Source of the DNA: Candidatus Woesearchaeota archaeon
GTDB lineage: Archaea; Nanobdellota; Nanobdellia; Pacearchaeales; GW2011-AR1
DNA: 32,253 bases
Assembly: GCA_964477635.1 (NCBI GenBank)
Contig: CAYZEG010000001.1
Coordinates: forward strand, 1-32,253
Direction: 5' to 3'
Shown: piece by piece, positions 25,381-31,880 of the stretch
Layout: every line of letters begins with the position of its first letter
Numbering within the stretch: position 1 is the stretch's first letter
Position numbers and translations under genes: made by a program
The notes under the pieces: generated by a model
Databases searched by the model: none
Told to the model about the DNA's origin: nothing
What the model saw: the letters and a program-made list of their open reading frames with translations, nothing else

Positions 25381-26928
25381 ATGAGGGTGACTTTAATTTC
25401 TACGTCAACATTTCCTTCTGATCAGGGGATGAGAACTTTGTCTGCATGCTTGGAGAGGGAAGGGCACGATGTCCTGATGATTTTCCTTCCTCTTGGTGAA
25501 GATTACACTCGAAAATATTTCGCAGATGAACTAAAACAGGTTGAGGAAAAATCCAGAGGAAGCGGTTTGGTGGGCATAGGTTCCATGGAGAGCACGACTG
25601 GAAGAGCAAAACAACTCGTTGACTTGTTTCAGAAGAAAGGAATTCCTGTTGTTTGGGGAGGCCCACATACCACTTTTTTCCCTGAAAAATGTTTTGAAGT
25701 TTGCGACATAATTGCCGTTGGCGAGGCAGAAGAAACTCTTGTTGAATTGGCGAACAAGATTCAGCAGGGGAAAAAAATAACGAATATACTCAATCTTTGG
25801 GTAAGGGAAAAAAATAAGGAATATCAAAATCCAGTAAGGCCTCCCGCGAACAATTTGGATGTATTGGCGCATCCGGATTATGATATTGAAGACCAATGGA
25901 TTTTAGAGAAGGGGAGGTTGATTCCATTTGAAGAAAGGCATTTATCGGGGATGATTTTTTTTCAAACGGAGAGGGGGTGTCCGCAGGCATGCTCATATTG
26001 CACAAACAACATATTAAGGGCGATTTACAAGGGAAAGGGGGATTTGTTAAGAACGCATAGCGTTGATTATGTCATTGAAGAATTTAAAAGGCTGAAAAAA
26101 AAATTCCCGTCAATTAAAGTTTTTGACATAAGGGATGAAACAATAACTGTTAGAAAATTGGACTGGCTGAGGGAATTTTCAAAAAGATACAGGGAAGAAA
26201 TAGGAATAAGATTCAAATGCCTTGCAGAGCCGGCAACGATGGCTTTTGGAGATGTCAGCGACGAGAAAATAAGATTGCTGGTTGAGGCGGGTTTGACGGA
26301 TATTATCATCGGAATACAAAGCGGAAGCGACAGATTAAACAAGGAAGTTTATAACAGATTCATCACGGCAGAGCAGGTCTTGAAATGCGCGCAGATTGTC
26401 AATAAGTATAAGGACAAACTAACCGTCATGTATGATATTATCAGCTGCAATCCTTACGAAACAAATGAGGACATAATAGCCACGATAAGACTTTTGCAGA
26501 AAATTCCCAAACCCTATTTCTTAAGCGTCAATAATCTTATCTTCTTTGAAGGAACGCCTCTTTATAGGAAAGCATTGGAAGACGGGCTCCTGAAAACATA
26601 TAATGATGAGGCAAATAATTTAAATTACTGGGATCGTTGGAAGCACATAAAATTAAAAAAGAAAAATCCTTACTTGAATTTAGTTTTAAACATGATGAGG
26701 GGTCCGTGCACCAATAAAAGATACGGGATGATTCCCGCCCCATTGGTTGACTATTTAACAAGCCCTGAAAGGATTGAATATAATGTAAAGAATGAAAGAC
26801 CAACTTATGCCGTCGGAGAGATGGTGGAAGTCGTTGATGATGTCAGGGAAAAAATAGTAAAGCCAGTATATCGTTCAATGCCCGTCCCGTTCAAGCTTTG
26901 GTATGACAAAATAAGATACAAAGCTTGA
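25381..26928 (+). CDS. B12-binding-domain radical SAM enzyme (class B)
   Basis: N-terminal B12-binding-like Rossmann region, then ERGCPQACSYCTN (CxxxCxxC). ATG 25381 is 21 nt after motif 25343-25360. The track start at 25375 is a GTG. Confidence 0.8.
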   Translation: MRVTLISTSTFPSDQGMRTLSACLEREGHDVLMIFLPLGEDYTRKYFADELKQVEEKSRGSGLVGIGSMESTTGRAKQLVDLFQKKGIPVVWGGPHTTFFPEKCFEVCDIIAVGEAEETLVELANKIQQGKKITNILNLWVREKNKEYQNPVRPPANNLDVLAHPDYDIEDQWILEKGRLIPFEERHLSGMIFFQTERGCPQACSYCTNNILRAIYKGKGDLLRTHSVDYVIEEFKRLKKKFPSIKVFDIRDETITVRKLDWLREFSKRYREEIGIRFKCLAEPATMAFGDVSDEKIRLLVEAGLTDIIIGIQSGSDRLNKEVYNRFITAEQVLKCAQIVNKYKDKLTVMYDIISCNPYETNEDIIATIRLLQKIPKPYFLSVNNLIFFEGTPLYRKALEDGLLKTYNDEANNLNYWDRWKHIKLKKKNPYLNLVLNMMRGPCTNKRYGMIPAPLVDYLTSPERIEYNVKNERPTYAVGEMVEVVDDVREKIVKPVYRSMPVPFKLWYDKIRYKA

Positions 26929-27651
26929 TTATTTCCTTGCAATTCTAAAGTCATTCATTTTTGTTTTATATTTTGTCGTGTCTTTGACATTCGCCCAATA
27001 AAATCCTTCTTGCCTCAATCTGCAAGCAAGACAAAAACCGCAATGTTCTTTTTTCCCGACATAACAGCTAAAGGTGTCCTTAAAATTTACTCCCAATTTA
27101 TACCCCAGAACAATTATTTCTTCCTTATCTTTCTTTATCAGTGGAGCTAAAATTCTTATCGGTTTTGAACAGGAAATTTTAGCCAGAGAATTTACACTTT
27201 TAACAAATTTCTCCGTAGTATCTGGATAATTTTCTTTGCCTTCATTTTTGAATCCAACAAAAATGTCGTAATTCTTTTTTTCTTTGATTGAAAGAGATTC
27301 TGCCAAAGCCATGGCGTGAATTAAAAAAATTGTATTTCTGCACGGGACATAAAATTTTTCGGATTCTTTTTTTGTGTTTTTCAAGTCTTTTATCATTAAT
27401 TTTTGTGTTTTTCCTTCCCTATTGATTAAAGAAGTTGAAATTTTTCCAAGCCAGCCTAGTTTTATCTCTATAAATTCTGCCCCTAGTTTTTTTGCGCATT
27501 TGTGCGAATATTTTCTTTCTGAAATAAGGGATTTTTGCCCGTAATCAAAAAAGATATTTTTTATATTATCATACTTTAAAATTTTTTTCACGTAATAACT
27601 TGTCGTCACGCTATCAATACCGCCGGAACATAAGACTATGGCATTTTTCAT
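26929..27651 (-). CDS. queC: 7-cyano-7-deazaguanine synthase (QueC)-family PP-loop ATPase
   Basis: AIVLCSGGIDS PP-loop, FDYGQ, VPCRN, YPD, APL..K.EI and the C-terminal zinc cluster SCY...HCGFCLACRLR. ATG 27651 (MKNAIVL) is 21 nt from the shared TATA. The track start 27690 overlaps the promoter. Confidence 0.8.
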   Translation of the reverse strand: MKNAIVLCSGGIDSVTTSYYVKKILKYDNIKNIFFDYGQKSLISERKYSHKCAKKLGAEFIEIKLGWLGKISTSLINREGKTQKLMIKDLKNTKKESEKFYVPCRNTIFLIHAMALAESLSIKEKKNYDIFVGFKNEGKENYPDTTEKFVKSVNSLAKISCSKPIRILAPLIKKDKEEIIVLGYKLGVNFKDTFSCYVGKKEHCGFCLACRLRQEGFYWANVKDTTKYKTKMNDFRIARK

Positions 27652-27663
27652 GTGTAATCTCAT

Positions 27664-27689
27664 TTGATAATCTTTATAAGCATAACCCA
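27664..27689. promoter_or_regulatory. Bidirectional promoter sharing one palindromic TATA box (queC <-> mini-IF5A/GT2)
   Basis: The plus-strand 18-mer TTGATAATCTTTATAAGC (27664-27681) ends 21 nt before ATG 27702. The minus-strand 18-mer TGGGTTATGCTTATAAAG (27672-27689) ends 21 nt before ATG 27651. The palindrome CTTTATAAG is exactly centred between the two ATGs. Confidence 0.6.
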
Positions 27690-27701
27690 TTAAATGAATT
27701 T

Positions 27702-27896
27702 ATGAAAAAGCAGGCAAAGGATTTGAAAAAAGGCGAGAAAATAAAAATAGCAAACAGATTATTCACCGTAAATGAATTTGAGATTTCAGATATTGGAAAA
27801 CAAGGGAAGAGAAAAGTTAGGGTGGTGGCTTATGATGAAAATGGGGAAAAAATTGTTCTCATAAGGCCCGAAGATTACCCATTTGAAACGGGATAA
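27702..27896 (+). CDS. Stand-alone IF5A N-terminal-domain-like mini-protein (64 aa)
   Basis: KDLKKGEKIKI...FEISDIGKQGKRKVRVVAYDENGEKI aligns by eye to aIF5A domain I (..LK.G..I.I......IS..GKHG.AK.R.V..), including the hypusine-loop GK.G. There is no C-terminal OB domain. ATG is 21 nt after motif 27664-27681. The first 34 codons of the track ORF overlap the queC promoter and gene. Confidence 0.6.
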   Translation: MKKQAKDLKKGEKIKIANRLFTVNEFEISDIGKQGKRKVRVVAYDENGEKIVLIRPEDYPFETG

Positions 27897-27897
27897 G

Positions 27898-28803
27898 ATG
27901 ATACATATAATTATCACTTCATTTAATGAACCAAGAGCGACGCTTAGGGCGGTAAAATCTTTTCTTAATCAGAAAATATTGGATGACTTTAAGATAATTG
28001 TCGTCGACCCATTTAAAGAAACCGAGGAATTTTTAAAAAAAGAATTACAAGACAAACGAGTGGGTTTTTTTCTTGACTTGGGAGAGGGAAAAAGCTATGC
28101 TCTAAATCTTTTATTCCAAGAGATTTATTCGAAAAATAGTGGGGATGTGATAATATTGAGCGATGGCGACGTTTATGTTTCTGAAAATTCTGTCTCCGAA
28201 ATCTTGAGCGCATTTAATGATTCTGAAGTTGGATGCGTAGCTTGCAAGCCCGTTTCCATTGATTCAATAAAAACAAAATATGGATACTGGTCTCACTTGT
28301 TATTTAATGGAATTCATAATGTAAGAAGAAAACATCATCAAAAAGGGCAATTTTTTGAATGTTCCGGTTATTTATTTGCAATAAGAAACGGGGTGATATT
28401 TAATTTCCCGATGGAAGTTTCCGAAGATTCTATAATTCCATATCTTTTTTGGAAAAAGGGATACAAGATTTTTTATGCGGATAAGGCGGAAGTATATGTA
28501 AAAAATCCAGATAATTTCAAAGATTGGAAAAATCAAAAAATAAGAAACATAAAAGGGCATGAAAATCTAAATAAAATCTTTCCTAATATGCCAAGAACAA
28601 AAACATTCTTCAACGAGATAAAAAAAGGGGCGCTTTTTTCCTTGAAACATCCGAGAAATTTAAGGGAATTTTATTGGCTTTTGCAGCTTTATCTGGCAAG
28701 GTTGTATATTTACATAAAAGCTTTTCAGGAAATAAAGCAAAAAAAATCATTTCAAGATGGTTGGCGTGAAACTGAAATAAATTCAACAAAGCCGTTAGAT
28801 TAA
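27898..28803 (+). CDS. Glycosyltransferase family 2 (no obvious TM domain)
   Basis: IIITSFNEP start block, LSDGDVYV (DxD), SEDS (ED) and NQKIRNIKG (QxxRW-like). The first ATG, at 27898, is 1 nt after the mini-IF5A stop. The track start at 27883 is a TTG. Confidence 0.8.
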   Translation: MIHIIITSFNEPRATLRAVKSFLNQKILDDFKIIVVDPFKETEEFLKKELQDKRVGFFLDLGEGKSYALNLLFQEIYSKNSGDVIILSDGDVYVSENSVSEILSAFNDSEVGCVACKPVSIDSIKTKYGYWSHLLFNGIHNVRRKHHQKGQFFECSGYLFAIRNGVIFNFPMEVSEDSIIPYLFWKKGYKIFYADKAEVYVKNPDNFKDWKNQKIRNIKGHENLNKIFPNMPRTKTFFNEIKKGALFSLKHPRNLREFYWLLQLYLARLYIYIKAFQEIKQKKSFQDGWRETEINSTKPLD

Positions 28804-29214
28804 TTCTGAGATTTTTTTCTCCAGCTCATCCATTGTTTTTAGTATGGGCATGGAACCAATAAGAATTGAACTCAAATAATCCAGCGCCTCGTCAACGGAT
28901 TCGTCGGTTTTTATTCCCACGGCAGGAATTCCTCTGGCATAGGCATAGCCAAGTTCCCACGCCGTTCCGGCGCCGACATGCAAACCGTCAAGAACCGCGA
29001 CAACTAAATCAACGTCCTTAAATCCGACATTTATATCTCCATCAAAAATTCGGTTTACATCATGTATGTTCTTTATAATCCCGACATCCCTATGGGGGAG
29101 AAATGTTTTTAGTCCCAGGGATTTGCATAACTCATCGACTTTTTCCAGTAATGCCTTTTCATTTTCCGTGCCTATCTTTCCGGCGATATATACTTTTTTT
29201 GTTTTTCTTTCCAT
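28795..29214 (-). CDS. Nucleoside 2-deoxyribosyltransferase-like protein
   Basis: VYIAGKI...DLVVAVLDGLHVGAGTAWELGYAYARGIPAVG fits the family pattern (YLAG...ADxVVAxLDG..xDxGTxxExGxAxAxGKPV) with the catalytic Glu in WELGYA. Confidence 0.7.
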   Translation of the reverse strand: MERKTKKVYIAGKIGTENEKALLEKVDELCKSLGLKTFLPHRDVGIIKNIHDVNRIFDGDINVGFKDVDLVVAVLDGLHVGAGTAWELGYAYARGIPAVGIKTDESVDEALDYLSSILIGSMPILKTMDELEKKISELI

Positions 29215-29253
29215 AATCCTTAAAAAAGGGTTTCAGTTTTAAATTTAACTATG
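29210..29253. promoter_or_regulatory. Interleaved divergent promoters (NDT-like <-> GT9)
   Basis: The plus-strand motif TCCATAATCCTTAAAAAA (29210-29227) ends 24 nt before ATG 29251 and contains the CAT of the minus-strand start at 29214. The minus-strand motif CATAGTTAAATTTAAAAC (29236-29253) ends 22 nt before ATG 29214 and contains the CAT of ATG 29251. Confidence 0.5.
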
Positions 29254-30276
29254 AAAAAGATATGCATCATAAAACTCGGCGCGCTCGGAGATGTAATAAG
29301 GACATTGCCGATTTTAATAGGGATAAAGGAAAAATATCCTGATTCGGAGATTTCATGGATAACAAAAAAAGACAGTTTTGAAATGGTTAAAAACAGCCCC
29401 CATGTAAAAAAAATGTTAATATTGCCTTTCGAGCCCCGGGAATCTTTTGATATTTTGTATAATTTTGACATTGATGATGAAGCCACATTTTTGGCTGGGA
29501 AAATAAATTCCAAAAAAAAATATGGATTTTATTCTGATGGCGGATTTGTCTCTGCTTTTAATATCGGCGCAGAGTATTATTTAAACACTATTTTTGACGA
29601 TGAAATAAAAAAAACAAATGCCAAAACTTATCAGGAAATGATTTTTATGGCAGCTGAATTACCCTACAAAAGACAATATCATGCCATAATCCTTTCTGAA
29701 GAAACGAAGAAATATGCGGGAAATTTTTTTGAAGAAAATAAAATCAATTCCGGAAAATTAATCGGGATGCATCTTGGGGCAAGCGCAAGATGGCCGTCTA
29801 AAGTTTGGCATAAGGAAAACTTGAAGGATTTCATAAAAAAAGCGAAATCTGCGGGTTATGAAATTATATTGTTCGGCGGGCCTAATGAGACGGAAGAGCT
29901 TGAAAAAATAAAAAAACAATTTTCAGAATCCGGCATAATGCTGCATGCAAATAATCCTTATAACACTGCCATGCAATTTGCTTCACTCGTTGAAAAATGC
30001 AATTTTATGATATGTTCGGATAGCTTTTCTCTTCATATTTCTCTCGCCTTGGGAAAGCAAACAATAGGCCTTTTTTTCTGCACATCGTCAAAAGAAGTTG
30101 AAGGATATGATTTGCTTAAAAAAATTGAGTCTCCGATGCTTTATAATTTTTTCCCGGAAAGAATGAATGAATATGATGAGAATCTTGTTAAAAGCATTTC
30201 TTCGGAAGAAGTTTTTAATAAGATTGTTGAATTTGGGATAAAAACAAATAAAAACAATTTGCCAATGGATATATGA
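29251..30276 (+). CDS. Glycosyltransferase family 9 (heptosyltransferase-like)
   Basis: ICIIKLGALGDVIRTLPIL, GASARWPSKVW, ILFGGPNE and CSDSFSLHISLALGKQTIGLF are the classic GT9 blocks. Confidence 0.85.
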   Translation: MKKICIIKLGALGDVIRTLPILIGIKEKYPDSEISWITKKDSFEMVKNSPHVKKMLILPFEPRESFDILYNFDIDDEATFLAGKINSKKKYGFYSDGGFVSAFNIGAEYYLNTIFDDEIKKTNAKTYQEMIFMAAELPYKRQYHAIILSEETKKYAGNFFEENKINSGKLIGMHLGASARWPSKVWHKENLKDFIKKAKSAGYEIILFGGPNETEELEKIKKQFSESGIMLHANNPYNTAMQFASLVEKCNFMICSDSFSLHISLALGKQTIGLFFCTSSKEVEGYDLLKKIESPMLYNFFPERMNEYDENLVKSISSEEVFNKIVEFGIKTNKNNLPMDI

Positions 30277-31880
30277 TGGAAAATGACTCAGTTTCTGAAA
30301 GAAAAAATAAGCTAAAGAATTTTTTTCTTGGCTGGATGACTGATAATTATGACAAGCTTTTCTTGATGATTCTTGCAACGGCTTTTCTTTTGAGAATATG
30401 GATTTTTACAAAAACCTTAAATCAGCCGGTATGGTGGGACGGGGCGGATTACATGGCTGCGGCCATCAGATGGGCGGGAATAAATCCAAACATGATTGAT
30501 ATGTGGTATTACAGAAGAGGTCTTTTCTGGCCTTTGTTTCAAGCCTTATTTTTTAAATTTGGACTTGGAGAAACTGGAATAAGGCTCGCACTTGTATTTT
30601 TTTCAACAGGCATCGTCTTTGTTTCGTATACGCTTCTCAAAGACATGTTTAACAAAAAAATGGCAATTCTAGCAAGCATTTGTCTTTCATTTTCATGGAT
30701 TTTTATGTTTTTTACGGGAAGAACTTTAAACAATCTTCCAGGAGCATTTTTCTTGCTGACATCTCTAATGTTTTTTTGGAAGGGCTACGTTCTAAAGAAA
30801 GGGAATAAGTATATTTATTTGTTCGGCCTTTTTTTCGCAATCACATCCTTGATGAGGATGCAATATGTCCTGTCTGCAATCCCGCTTATTATTTTTGTTT
30901 TTATAAAAGAAAGGCATCGTTTTTTGTTTAATAAACATCTTTGGATTGCAGTCGGAATTTTTGCCATTATGTTCATCCCACAATTTTATCTTCATTATCA
31001 ACATTTTGGAAACCCCATAGCCGATTTGTCAAAATATTATCTTGGTGTAGGCAATTCTGAAAAAGGAGAAGTTGGAGTAAGATTGGCAAAAACATCCGAC
31101 TTATTTGTATATTTTAATAATCTTCCTTATATTTTGGATGCGAATCAAAAAGGATATCACACGCTTTTCACATTCAGTCCGCTGTATCTTATATTCCTAG
31201 TCGGGTTCTTTTTCTTCTTTCTGGATGCTGTTTTAGGTTTTGATAGAATTTTCAGGGACGAAGAAATTCAAAAAAAATTCTTTATTTTGATATGGATTTC
31301 CATATCGTTTTTATTTTTAGGTTACATAGCACCACATCTTGAGCAAAGATATATTATGGATGACATTCCATTTTTATTTCTAATCGCAGTTTATCCATAT
31401 GCAATGATTGAAGGATATTTAACAAAAACTTTTAATATGAAACCTCGAACTGCTTTTTTATTCATTTGTTTGGTGCTATTCCTGGTTTTAATCCCTAATA
31501 TCATCTTTGGGAATAATCTAATAGAATCGAAAAAAACTTCGTATATTGAAGCTAAAGAAGCGGGTTTATGGATTAAGGAAAATTCAAATCCAACAGATGT
31601 CATAATATCGGATTCATTACCGCAACTCACCTATTACTCGGAAAGATCTGTTTATCCATTTAATTTGGCTCCGCGTAGAGATATGGAACGTAAAAATGAA
31701 TCAGACTTGTTGGATTTTATTAAAACAGACAAGCCAAAATTTATGACTCTCACAGCATTCGAAAACCAAGATGACTGGGCTATGGCATTTCCGCAAAACC
31801 ATCCAGATTTGGTTGTTCCAGTTCAAGTTTACAAGCAAGGGGAACAACCTGTTTTTGTAATTTACGAATTTAAATATTAA
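30273..31880 (+). CDS. GT-C-fold integral membrane glycosyltransferase (ArnT/PMT, GT39/GT83-like)
   Basis: The 535-aa protein has many hydrophobic helices, an acidic first-loop motif (VWWDGADY) and a ~100-aa soluble C-terminal domain. Its ATG overlaps the GT9 stop (ATGA), indicating translational coupling. Confidence 0.7.
   Translation: MMENDSVSERKNKLKNFFLGWMTDNYDKLFLMILATAFLLRIWIFTKTLNQPVWWDGADYMAAAIRWAGINPNMIDMWYYRRGLFWPLFQALFFKFGLGETGIRLALVFFSTGIVFVSYTLLKDMFNKKMAILASICLSFSWIFMFFTGRTLNNLPGAFFLLTSLMFFWKGYVLKKGNKYIYLFGLFFAITSLMRMQYVLSAIPLIIFVFIKERHRFLFNKHLWIAVGIFAIMFIPQFYLHYQHFGNPIADLSKYYLGVGNSEKGEVGVRLAKTSDLFVYFNNLPYILDANQKGYHTLFTFSPLYLIFLVGFFFFFLDAVLGFDRIFRDEEIQKKFFILIWISISFLFLGYIAPHLEQRYIMDDIPFLFLIAVYPYAMIEGYLTKTFNMKPRTAFLFICLVLFLVLIPNIIFGNNLIESKKTSYIEAKEAGLWIKENSNPTDVIISDSLPQLTYYSERSVYPFNLAPRRDMERKNESDLLDFIKTDKPKFMTLTAFENQDDWAMAFPQNHPDLVVPVQVYKQGEQPVFVIYEFKY

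Noticed and set aside
30420-30445. The WWDG motif (VWWDGADY) in the GT-C protein resembles the WWDYG motif of STT3/AglB oligosaccharyltransferases.
   Set aside because: It sits in the first extracytoplasmic loop near the N-terminus, not after TM13. The protein is too short for AglB. An ArnT/PMT-like GT-C is the safer call.
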